Below are positions 23,432-35,260 of a DNA stretch of 64,000 nucleotides, one piece after another. This DNA is from Podarcis cretensis (Eukaryota), in NCBI GenBank assembly GCA_951804945.1, contig OX638151.1, forward strand, positions 75,454,001 through 75,518,000, written 5' to 3'. Positions within the stretch are counted from its first letter, which is position 1. Each line of letters begins with the position of its first letter. The translations under genes and the position numbers were made by a program. The notes beneath the pieces are model-generated. The model searched no databases. It was not told the origin of the DNA and saw nothing but the letters and a program-made list of their open reading frames with translations.

Positions 23432-24746
23432 CTCAGGACAGTCATTGGAGCTTTCCAGAGGGATCTTGCTAGCCACTGTTGGAAACAGGATGTCAAACTA
23501 GATAGCCCTTGGTCTAATCCAACAGGGCTCTTTCTCTGTTCCCAAGATTGTTTACTCAGTAAGGCTCATCCACTATTTGATGATAAAGTATATTTAAGTA
23601 CCATCAGTGTCAATGGAAGAGTTAAACAGTCCTACCTTTACTTAGATCATTCCCTTAGAATACTAAAATCAGTGAATTTCTTTCAGCATCCTTGATTAAA
23701 GCCAGTAAACATGATTGTTAAAACAACCTTCCTATGCTTGCTTTTATATCCCCAAAGAAGTAGCAAGGAATTAAGTAAGGGAAGGGAAGATGGAGAGTTG
23801 GGTAGATGAGGAAGAGATTTGTCCAGAGGGTACTTCTCTGTGAAATAGGCCACAGGATTTCCTTTTTAGCAAAAACAATAAAGAACCCCCTTTTAAAATG
23901 TTATGTCATCCTTTTTTCAAAGGGCTTTAATTACAGGATAAAGAAGGTTTGTAAGCTTGAACTCTGGGAACACAAGAATAGTGAGTGAAGTTTTCAAAAC
24001 CACAAGCTCCATGAGGTTCTTCCACCCCAACTCTGGAAACAACAAAAGATGAATGTATGATGAATGTCTGTTAAGGATAAGTTTTTGTTTTTAATGATCA
24101 TCTGCAACTTGTTATTCCATAATACAAGCCATTAATAAACTGAATTGGCCTCAAAAGCCTGCTTTGCTAAAAGCGCTATATTTCCTGCATCTGTTTCATC
24201 ACATCTTTGCGTCAGTTTCGAGCACATTGTTCCGTAAACTTACAACAGAAGCCTCTATTATCTGAAGGCTGATTCACACATGTATATTCATCACTCAGTG
24301 CCCCATCATTTGGGGTGCATCACACTGGGAATTTAGTGTAGAATTTCCATGTTTCATTCATTCACTTCTTATGGGGCACTCAGACAGCACTGCCTTCCAA
24401 TCATGGTCCTTCTGTATTTTCCTTGTGGTTCTTCTATCTTTTCTCAGATATCCCCACCCAGAAGAGCAGAAGAGTAGCGCAATATTCACAGGTGTAAGGA
24501 GCCTTTAGGGCTACTCCTGCAACCCTTTTAAAGGAGTGGGGTTTTGATGTGGCAGAAAATGCATTGCTATTTCCCACTTGGTCAGAATGGTGCTGGGAGT
24601 AAAGACTCACGTGATTGGCTCAAGCCAGGCAATTGCAATATTCATACGCTCTCTAGTGTCAGATTACATCACAGGGAAGGGTTCCCAGGCTGCTGCAGGT
24701 ATTTACGAAGAAGATTGTGTTGCCTATTCAGGATGGACAATTAAAA

Positions 24747-25030
24747 CAGGGGTGGGCAACCTTTTCAGTCCAACCCTAATGGGTCAGGTTTGACAGGTGG
24801 GTGGAGTCACTATGACATCAGGTGCCAAAAGTCTTCAGAAATCTTTTTTGAAGCACTAGTTTTCACAGAGCTTTGAATGAGGCTTTGCAGGCACCACCAT
24901 TTAGCTGACTGATGGTGCTTGCAAACATGCTTTTGGCTGAGGCTTGTTTCATACCTGACATCATTATGGGCCAAATGGAGTGACCTGGTTGACCTAATTT
25001 AGGCCTGTGGGCCAGAAGTTCACCACTTGG
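24747..25030. mobile_element. Non-autonomous hAT element
   Basis: Ends CAGGGGTGGGCAACCT / AAGTTCACCACTTGG; 8-bp TSD AATTAAAA / TATTAAAA. Confidence 0.7.
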
Positions 25031-25157
25031 TATTAAAACAATACCCCAGCCTTAGTCCTGTGTCTTCAGTAGAGCTTTGCAATGCAGAAATCTATGTAAA
25101 TCTATAGAACACAGCTAATATTAGAGATGTGGTGTAATATAGAGGTTGAGAGAAGGA

Positions 25158-25194
<37 letters not shown>

Positions 25195-25333
25195 GCTGCC
25201 CAGCTGACTGGGTTGCCCCAGCCACTCTGAGCAGCTCCCAACAAAATATTAAAAACATAATAAAACATCAACCATTAAAAACTTCCCTGAACAGCACTGC
25301 CTTCAGATGTCTTCTAAAAGTCAAATAGTTGTT
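25158..25333 (-). mobile_element. L2 LINE extreme 3' fragment with an (AAT)n tail
   Basis: NNYLTFRRHLKAVLFREVFN matches the ORF end of the L2 copies at 49831 and 62229; 3' stem-loop present. Confidence 0.9.
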
Positions 25334-26448
25334 ATGAGCTAGAAAGTTCTTGGTAGAATTTGACTTCAGCCAGGAGCTATCAGGTTGTGTGTGTTTTTCC
25401 CCCCATTCGCACTTTTCTAAATGTGCACACTCTTCATTTGGGCCTACCCACATGAGACTTTGGAAGAACAAATTCATCTATTGGGGGGGGGGGCGGAGGT
25501 TTACTTTCAAGTATCTTTTGTATTGTTACAACCAGGGAGGTAAATTGTGGAAGCATTTACAAGACTCTCAATAAAAAAACAATATGCTTTTATAAGTGCA
25601 ACAGAAAAGAAAAAGAAAAAAGTCTCACCAGAACACCGAATATGCAAAAAATAAAAGTAAAGCAAAAATCCAAGCCTCTCAAATAAAAAAGAGTCAATCT
25701 CTTTTCAAAGAAAACTAATGATTTCATGATGTGAGCAGTTATCTTCATTACTATAAGACATATGGTTTTATAAATACAAGAGCCGTGGTGGGGTAATATT
25801 TGTAAAAATTTAAGGCCACAGAGCTTCCTAACCTTAGAACAACTAGAAATGCTAACCGATGATGAGAAGCAGATCTACAAACCATGAATCCATGTAAACA
25901 GAGGCTGCTAAAAAACAAAGCTCAAGTTTACACTGTCAGTTCAGAGAAAGTGATGTGTTCTTCAAGGGGACTTTCCAATTCCCTGGGTGGGTGCTAAAAT
26001 ATACAATGATACCTCTGGTTTGAGAGCACCACCCTTCCAAAAAGATTAGCAAGAACAGCATCCTGGCCATTGAAAATCCATTGCTTAGGGTATAGGAGAT
26101 GCTGGGCTGAACAAAAAGTTTCATATGACTCTACACTAAAACGCACATTAGAACATAAGAACTTCAAAAATGTGGAAAATTTTCACCATTATGTGGATTG
26201 GGAGGCTAAATGCATTTACAGTTTGCGAGATTTGTATAAAAATTGTACACCTCTCATTATCATGGAGGCAGGCCTACTGCAATTGACAGCCATCTTGGTT
26301 CCAGCTATTTCAAATCAGACCTTTCAGGGACGGCCTTTGGAAATATGTCACCCTGTGTGAGGCCAACATTTGATGCCCTCCCTCCAGCCCTCGTGGTGCC
26401 AGCTTAAGCCAGGTAAACAAAGCGGTGGGTTTTGGGAAGGAGGCACAA

Positions 26449-26554
26449 GGCTTTGGCAGGGTCCTAGAGCCCTCCCACCTCCTTCCTAAAGCCTGGTAAG
26501 CACTTGCCTGACTTTGGGAAGGAGGAAGGAGGACTCTAGGACCCGGTCAGAGCC
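26449..26554. repeat. Long imperfect inverted repeat (52-bp arms, 2-nt spacer)
   Basis: 26449-26500 matches the reverse complement of 26503-26554 at 42/52 positions with no gaps. Confidence 0.85.
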
Positions 26555-29462
26555 CTAAATCCGCATTTAGACCTTTTGGTTGACAGCTGAGACTCAAACA
26601 AGAAATGCGTTCCTAACAAAATGAATTTCAATAGGGACAAATGTAAGTTCCTATAATTCCTTTAAGGGTTTCTAAGGGACTGTGTTCTCCCTCTTCAGGG
26701 AGATTTGGCTTAACTGGGAAGCATCTCAGTCTTATTGATGAGCTTTTGTTCACTCAATTGAAACTAAATGGAGGGATATCCATGACTGTGGCTGTGCACA
26801 CACCATACATACACAAAGCACACGACCTCAAAGAATCGAGCAAATGCAGCCACTGGTGGTGGAAAGCTGATTTGAATTGGGACCACAACACTGAGACAGA
26901 GGGATGGGTGCGTTTACCTTACCCAGCTCCAGTTTTTGTGGCTGAAAATGGTCTCCTGCCTCAGATGCTATTTGTTTCGTAGCACAAAACATAGGTGCTT
27001 TTTTGGCTGCATTGAACAAATCCCTTTGGGAGAGAGGACTTCCACTAGGAAAATGGCCCTGGGAAAAGCTTTTAACTGTGCCTTTCCCAGGGTTATCATC
27101 CCAATCTCTTCCCCCTTGCATTTGCTATTTTAAAAAAAGACACAATGTGAGAGATCTAATCACAGACTCAACTATTGTGCCTTCCTTGTCCAGCCATTGG
27201 CATCCTCTCTCCTTTGCCCTGTAACTTTCCATAATTGCATCACTCATGCATATTGAATTGAATAACATAAAGCCAGATACACAGCTTTCATCAACTGAAT
27301 GCCTGTCTTCCAGCAAAGGGTACAAGGAATGTATTGGGTGGAATTCAACGCAGTCCTAAGGAGGTTGTTCCATCAGCACAAATCTGCTTGCCAGGTGGAA
27401 CAAACCTTGTTCTAGGCGTTCTCTCTGCCTCCAGAGCAGATTCGGGGGAGGTATGAGGGGGCCTGGGAGGATGAAAAGGGGGAAGCTCTGTTGCACTGGT
27501 GGGAGTCCCTATGCTGCCTTCTACTAGCAGAATGGAAGGTACTTGAACCTAGTCCTATGTATTCACATGCTGCAGACTAGGTAGTTTCCTTAAAGCCAGT
27601 GACGGGGAACCTTTCTGAGAACTACATTCTGAGAACTACATTCTCTAAGGACCACATGCCAGTTGGTAGTGGGTGACGCCATATTTACACCATGCAAAAA
27701 CATGCACAGTACATGCATGCATGTAGACAGACACCCACCTACATTTTAGGCTCTGGGCTAAACTGTGGAATTTTAACATTGTTTCATGTGTGGACTTTTC
27801 TTATTGTGCAAATGTAATATTCCCAAGTCCTGATGGGCATGAGGAAAACCTATCCTTGTGTTCAGCAGAGCCCCATATGTGCCTTGAGGCTGTTGGCCTA
27901 ACTGCATGCCACCCCAATCTCTGAGTGGTGCAAGATTCCAGGGCTTCTAGGCACTTACCCAGGAATTATGTTTCCTTTTGGAAATGAGGCACGGTGGAGT
28001 CTGTGGTGTCTTTAGGATATATAGTTTATTTACACATATACATAACCTGAGCATACAATGGAGGGGTTCACAGCATTAACACTCTAACAGGGTCTTGCTT
28101 TTCCCATAGGCACAGCTTTGAATCCAGACAGAAATCAATCATTGTGCTCTGGCTCTCTCTCCAGCTTGCTGACTTGACCAATCTGCTACCTTTCCTCCCC
28201 CCCAAGTCATGTCCCGGTCAACTCTAAAGCTCTCATTCAAACTCTACCTTTGTCTTCTAACTAACCCTGAGCTGAGAGAGGGGCCCTTCCTATTTTCCGC
28301 CTGGCACCGAGTCCCCTCTCTTTGGCTCATCACCTTCCTTTTGTTCTCCTAATGGCTCATCTCCCAGGCAATTTCCTCATCAGGAAACTGGCCTGGCTTA
28401 TATTTTAACATTTGCTGAAACCAAGGGTTCAGTGTCTGGCCCCCAGAAACTCATAGCACAGGGGGGTCTGAAATATGGAACACAGGGGAATCTGGCATCC
28501 ACAAACTCATAACAATATCTTTTACTGCAGCAGTCTACCTACTAGCAATGGTTTCACCCTGTGCTTCATCATTGTCCTGCTGTTGCTTCATTCTTACAAA
28601 CTGTCCGCAGGCAGCTGCATGACCATATTCCTTAATGTGGAAGAAATGCAAATTGTCTGGCAGAACAAGCCAGGCCTATGGTGTCTCCCAATGGTAGTGG
28701 ATGGAATGAGTGTCAGTTCTGCCAAAGGCTACAGACAAAAGCTTAATCACAACTGAATCAATAGCAAAATTTGCCCAGTTTCAGGGAAGGAAGTTTATTA
28801 TCCTGTGTATAACAACAACAAAAATAGACTAGAGGGAATAATGTAAACATTGGTTTTAAATAGATTTATTTCTATTTCTGTTCATACTGACATCAATGGT
28901 ATAATGTTTATGAGTTAAAGAGACAGCTCAATACATAGCAGAATAAAAAATGAAAGGGCTCGACAGGTTATCGTTGATCTAATTATACCCCAGACAGATT
29001 GTGTAGACAGGTGGAGAGGGAATCTCTTTGTTGTAATTCACAGATATGTAAATCCCAGGAAGCTTTGAAAATCTTGCAAGAGACAGACCTATTTAACATT
29101 AAACTGTCTGAGCAAGAGAGGATCAGACATAGCTTGAAAGAATACTAACTGCAGACAAGAAGTACATAAACAGTCAGAGATAACACGGCTTGGTATCAAA
29201 AGGCATTCTTCAATCTCCTAGAAGCAGATTTGGCTGACTGCAGAAGGAAGGGAGAATCAGTGAAAATCACCTTTCTCCTTCATTAACAGAAGGCTTCACT
29301 AGATTGGAAAGCCTTCCAGGAGAGCAGGAACTCAATTAGATACAATAATTTTAACTGACTGAGGGTTTCTTCTGCATAGACATGCATTTGATTATGCTGT
29401 AAATATCCTTAATTCTTCTTTATTATTGAAATGCATTCAATACTAAGGTTAAAAAAAATGTT

Positions 29463-29660
29463 AACAGAAGAAGAGCCTGCTGGATCAGGCCAATGACCCA
29501 TCTAGTCCAGCATCCTGTTTTCACAGTGGTCAGCCAGATGCCTGTGGGCAACCCGCAAGCAGGACTTGAGCACAAGAGCCCTGTCCCCTTCTGCGGTTTC
29601 AGAAGTGAGTATTTGAGAACGTGGAAGGTAGCGACTGGAAACAGCATAGACATAATGGTT
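29463..29660 (-). mobile_element. CR1 3' end
   Basis: AAGAAGAGCCTGCTGGATCAGGCCAATGACCCATCTAGTCCAGCATCCTG, a typical reptile CR1 3' UTR in reverse. Confidence 0.75.
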
Positions 29661-32600
29661 AAATAAGACAGGTTTACAAAACATGGACCCTATTATACCA
29701 AAGGAGAGCAAATAAAGTATTCAGATGCCCTGATTCGTTGAATTAGCCATATTAATTTGTAGCCCGAGGGTTTCTTGGGCCATGCTCCTCCTTGCTTGCA
29801 AATGAAATAAAGTCAGACCAAACAGGTATGAAATCGTCTTATTTCTTTGGTGCCTGCAAATTCTCAGATTATTGGTTTTTCCAGCAGGGCAATATCTCAC
29901 ACTTTAGTGTACCAAGTAGTAGGATCTATTTCCACTTCCCAAACTGTGTGATGGTCATTCTTACTGCTATAAACAGGTGCAAATTTATTGTGCACATTTT
30001 TATTTCCCTCATTAAATATAGATGAAAAGGCTAATTGAGAAGTTAGGATAATGTGGCAGTTTAAGATCTTATCAATTTCTCATAATACTACTGCTCCAAA
30101 TTCTTGTGCTCTAGTAAAATGTCATAATGATCACATATACATACGCATGTCAGTAAATGTTAAAAGTGGCGGCAACGTAGGTATAGTGTAGTAGAGGCCA
30201 TAGCTATCAGTTGAAGGAGAGCAAGTATACCCAAATCTTCATATTTAACTCTAGCAGTTGCAAGTTAAGCATATTGTGTGACAATCACTTTGTAGGTTCA
30301 CACCCAGAAGTGTTCTATTCTGGGGTAATCCAAATCAAAATATTAATTGGTTTAAGCAAATTAATTGCATATGCCTTAGGCAACTCTAGCCTTGCGTATC
30401 TTCCCCCCTTCTTGTTCATATCTCTTCCACTTTGAAATCTAACGAGTATGCCCTAATGTGCGGTTGGACTCCTGGCAACTAATAGCACTCTCCTGTGTAG
30501 ATCTAAGCCTGAATATAGCAATTGTTTCCTTATTTCCAAATCAGTGATTGAAGAGATTTTCATTGGTATAACGAGGTTGTAGATACTGCATCATTACACA
30601 TTTGGTCCCCAGATCTTACTCATAATTAGTAAGAGTGGCAGGACTGGACCACTATGCCTGTTCTGAGTCTCCCTGTAAGAAAGTTTCGGGTGCGGTGATA
30701 CTGCAAGTTAAAACCACGCCTAAGGGATGTTGCCCAGGGATGCTTGCCAAGCACCTCCTCTGAGAATCAGAACATGGTGATATCTCAAAAGCATTGCAAC
30801 ATCTTGAGCTGGCTTCTGTTGAATAACACTGAACCCAGGGCAAAATGCAATATAACAAACAACCCCAAAACCTAAGACTGAGGCAAAGGGTTTAAAAATA
30901 TAATTGGTAAGGGCTCTTTCCATTTACAGAAAGGGTCCTTTCATACACAGAAGAGATTGAGATCCAGTGGAGGCTCCTGTTAAATTTAAATCCCAAAACC
31001 ATCTGGAGCAGCTTTTCAAGGCACTGAATGGAAGAGGAGCAATTGGCAAAAAATCACCTTCCCCCTTTTCCTCTGGCAGGAACATTTAATGAGTGGTGTG
31101 CCGACTATGGCAATTTTGGATCCAAGCCATAGTACATATAAATATTAATGGACATTGAATAGATGTTCATATTCAAGCCAGCCTTTTTAAGATTCTGAGA
31201 GGTCAAGGAGATAAATGTCCAGTCGAAGCTTCCGTCCCATCTCACTGCGCCCTATGCTGATGTGGTTTTTGCAAAATTGGCAGCTTTTTCATTCAATGCA
31301 GTGGTTCTTTAGTGCATTAAATTCCTCTCCAGTGGCCCATTAGGAATGCAGTGGTTTTTCTAACAATGGCTAGTTTGTTTGTTTATTTTCGTAGGATTTC
31401 TGAATTGGAAGTGATTAGAATAATCAGTTTTATTCAGAAGCTAAACTCACAGCTGGGCCAGCCCCTAGATAAAAATAACCAGAGAGTAAGTCAAAAGCAG
31501 GCTATGCCAGAGTTTATTGTGGTATGATCTTTCAAATTCTGCGGCTACCTTGTTCATCCCTGAAAAAGTGGAGATAGGAGAAACCAATTTTTCTTCTTCT
31601 AAAGAAATGTTTTGCTGGTGTATAGGAGTAGCTGATTCTACTAACAAAGTGTGACTCCAACTTGAGATGCATCTACGATCGACTGCAATCTGTGTTTTCA
31701 AAGGGTTAACTTATTTCATGACAAATGGATATTGCCACCTGATTACTGCATGTAGTAATTTTCCCCATTAGTTAATGACGTTCTGACCTGAAGTCAGTGG
31801 GATTCCAGGGGGGGGAAATGGCAACATTGCCTATGGGCACTTCAGATGCACCACAGACATGGGAGATAAGCTTGCAGCTGATTCATAATGCTAGGCCAAT
31901 CTGCTGGATGATGGGCCTTAGAAGGTGTCTAGTACTGTTTGTGCTATGTTGAAGTTGCCTTCCATTTGTGAAGCCTAGGAAATTGCTCCCATACACTCTT
32001 CCCCACCGCAAGAACCTGAAATGAAATGCAAACATTATCACTTCTGTTTATTTCACGGTCTCACCCCAAGTTTATGGCCAGCAACTAGGTCCACTCATAG
32101 ATGTCTCTGAGGAGAAGGCAGAAGATAGCAGGCCAGTTCTCCATGGCCTCCACTCTGAGAGGGAATATGTCTCAGAAACTTTCCTTTCTGTGAAAGCAAC
32201 TGGGTTTCATACGCCTACACAAATTGCACCCAAAATGGCCACCCTTTTAAATTGATTGAGATGAAAACTTTGCTTGGCACAGAGCTAACAACTATTGCAA
32301 GAGGGAAAGAAGCCCAATGTGTCATACTTTCTCCTTTTAGGGGCTGATTATGTTAATTTCACTACAGTCAATGCCGAGTCATGGATTCACTTGAAGCTGA
32401 CAGGACGAGGTCCTGAGGAACCTGGGGGTGGATGGGAGCGGAGCAGTCTATTCAGAGATTGTTATCAATCGGAGCAATTTCTGTAAATTCCTAAGGACTG
32501 TAGTTAACAAATCCAGTGCATTTAGTTTCTTGTAATTCAGCCTGTCAAGCAATTCATTTTCATCCCAATGAGTCAGCCATCCCGGGGATTCCCAAACGGC

Positions 32601-32919
32601 AAAAGGGTTTCAGTGTTCTGCTTCCCTTGCCATGGTTCATCTGAAGATCTATTTAATTGCTAGTTAAAGCATCCAGTGCATTGTTTTTGTGCTCTTGTAA
32701 GAACCTTTCGGGTGCCAACTTTTGAATCCTGCTCCCAGAAATCTTGCATAGATAGCCAGTTCTCCTGTAATATTCACCCATATATGTCACTTTCAAAAAG
32801 ACATCCCATGAACTCCAAATTTATGTATCCAACTTGGCCAGCATTATAAAAGTCAAAGTAGAAATTTTGCAGGACGTTGTGATTAGGCTCTCCCACTTTT
32901 TAGGCTGTGTGTGTTTATA

Positions 32920-33178
32920 CTTAATGGCCAGGATGGTGTGGCTGCTTTGAAGATCAGGGAGGTGGTGTGCTGGGAGGGGGTGTTTAACCCTTTCCTCCCA
33001 TATCCTTTTCCTGGTCTAAATTGCACCCCCACCCCCACCAGCTGCAATTAGTTTGGGATGGAGGGTGGCCTAACTTCTCTTTTTGCCCCTTTGGATGATT
33101 GAGGAGAGAAGGGTTAAATGCCCTCTCCCAGAGTGCCAATTACCCACCCTTCAAAGCAACTGCACAGAGCCACTAATT
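32920..33178. mobile_element. Old palindromic MITE-like element
   Basis: Inverted blocks TGCTTTGAAG / CTTCAAAGCA and GGGAGGGGGTGTTTAACCCTT / AAGGGTTAAATGCCCTCTCCC. Confidence 0.55.
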
Positions 33179-34316
33179 AGTTAAAAGCAAATTGCCACTT
33201 TCCTGTGTCATGTCTAAGCTTGCCCAGAAAGCTATCATTGGGGTTCATGAGCAAAACCAAGAGGGTGGCCCTGCACCCTGTCAAACAGAGAAAAGTCCTC
33301 TGTTTGAAGGGACACCATCTCTTGGAAGATATTCTGTATTGGGTTGTCCATTTCAAGGTAAGGAATCAAAACAAGGCAGAGCAAAGGCTTTGAGCTTTCT
33401 CATCAACAGTTAACGCATGGACAGTATCCTGACCAGACACAAAATCTTCTTCGCTAAGGTCAGACGTATTGCATTTCTATGTAAATTGTAGTAATTTACA
33501 TCTATACATATAAATGGTCATATTTACCCAGGTCGGTGTCCTCTTTTCTGGCAATGTGTAAGTATTCAGACCAGGTCAAAGGGCTTTTCAGGCTTCTGTT
33601 AGCCTGTAGCTGTGCCTCTGAATCTCACTATATTCATAGGTCCTGTTTGTCTAGCCTGGCCGCCTGATTTTTCCCGGGTTCTAATATTGATATGAATATC
33701 TCTTAACTCCATAGCTAACTTCATCTGCAAGAACAATTCTTAGGCACAGCAGGCCAACATTATGACTGGACTCGCCTTCTGTTCTCTGAACACGCTCACC
33801 ACACTCTCTTTTAGTTTTACCGCTGCTGTTGTTGTTCTCTGCTTGGCTTTCACTTTTCTCAGCTCTGTTTGTTTGTTTGTTTTTTGTTTTGTTTTTTATA
33901 AAATTTTTATTAGGTTTTCACATTTTATAAAACAAAAACAAAAACAAAAACAAAACATATATATTTTTAAACTCTTATTTTCATTACCCCCTTTCCCTGA
34001 CTTCCCCCCACCCCCTCTTCATACATCCCAATTCCAAAAATTAGTTCCACAAGTTCTTATCTCCCATCTTTAACATATTATTGTTATTTTTAAACTTAAT
34101 CCTTTTTACTTATCCAAATTTAATTTATCCAATTCTCTTTTAAACATTAAATCTTTTTTTTTCTAAGGTCGACCTAATTACCCTTCCACGAATTTCTCCC
34201 TTTGTATTTTTGTTAATTATATGTCATAATGGCCAAATACAAAAATCATAAAATTTTGAAATTCTGTTCTCCCCTCCCTCCCTACCCCAGTTTCCATCCC
34301 TTCCCAAGCAATTATC

Positions 34317-35260
34317 CTAGCCCGGATTCCTCACATCAGAGGCCTTCAAGTCTCTGTCAGTCTCTCTCTGCCGATTTTGTTGGTAGCCCTTTTTGTTGGT
34401 CCTCAGGTCTCGAAGGAATTCTATCTCAGTCACATCATATTTTCTTCCATCCAAGATACTTAATAGCAGTTGCTGCAAAAAGTCAGTTGATCTCCCATAC
34501 TCAAGGAGGAAGTCCCAATCATATTTCTTTACTCTTTTGAATTCCAATATTCCAAGTGCTCCCGGGACTTCCTCCTTCATCTTTCTCATCTTTCGCAGAT
34601 TTGTAATCCAAAGATCTTCTTCTTTAAGGTAAAGGTAAAGGTACCCCTGCCCGTACGGGCCAGTCTTGACAGACTCTGGGGTTGTGCGCCCATCTCACTT
34701 AAGAGGCCAGGGGCCAGCGCTGTCCGGAGACACTTCCGGGTCACGTGGCCAGCGTGACAAAGCTGCATCTGGCGAGCCAGAGCCACACACGGAAACGCCG
34801 TTTACCTTCCCGCTGGTAAGCGGTCCCTATTTATCTACTTGCACCCGGAGGTGCTTTCGAACTGCTAGGTTGGCAGGCGCTGGGACCGAGCAGCGGGAGC
34901 GCACCCCGCCGCAGGGATTCGAACCGCCGACCTTTCAATCGGCAAGTCCTAGGCGCTGAGGCTTTAACCCACAGCGCCACCTGTGTCTTCTTCTTTATTT
35001 CCTGACAATATGGGCATCTGATTGATATTTTCCTGCACTTTTTCCATTCCTTCTTTTCTCTCCACCGGTTCCAAAAAAGTTTTTTCTGGTTCAGCTGCAG
35101 ATTCCTTATCAGGCAAATCCTTTATGCATTCAGCAGAGTCGTTTGTTTTGGAATTCAAGGTCATAAGTTCTTTGTTCATAGCCGTACTCTGCTCTTGCAG
35201 GATTCCCACGAGAAAAAACATTCTTTCTATCTCTACCAGTAATTTTCCCTCTGCAGCCAT
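34317..35260 (-). pseudogene. 190-aa ORF of the L1-like element (possible ORF1p derivative), disrupted by a SINE insertion
   Basis: Removing the SINE plus one TSD copy (34615-34985) joins track ORFs 34964..35317 and 34317..34589 in frame with no stop (..SGNKEED|LWITNLRKMRK..). The ATG at 35260 is in ACAATGG context. Confidence 0.75.
34627..34985 (-). mobile_element. Sauria SINE, young subfamily
   Basis: 12-bp TSD TCTTCTTCTTTA at 34615-34626 and 34986-34997; near-identical to 4470-4833. Confidence 0.95.

Larger units (their letters stand above)
22813..23540 (+). mobile_element. Decayed CR1 3' portion, interrupted by an L2 tail and a MITE
   Basis: Degenerate KGLEDFP*EESLKCLELL and RTDKRKCYFTQC motifs; 3' end GGTCTAATCCAACAGGGCTCT. 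Confidence 0.7.

Noticed and set aside
27812-28482. Third solo LTR (TGT..ACA, minus-strand AATAAA)
   Set aside because: No matching TSD or convincing terminal inverted repeat was found.
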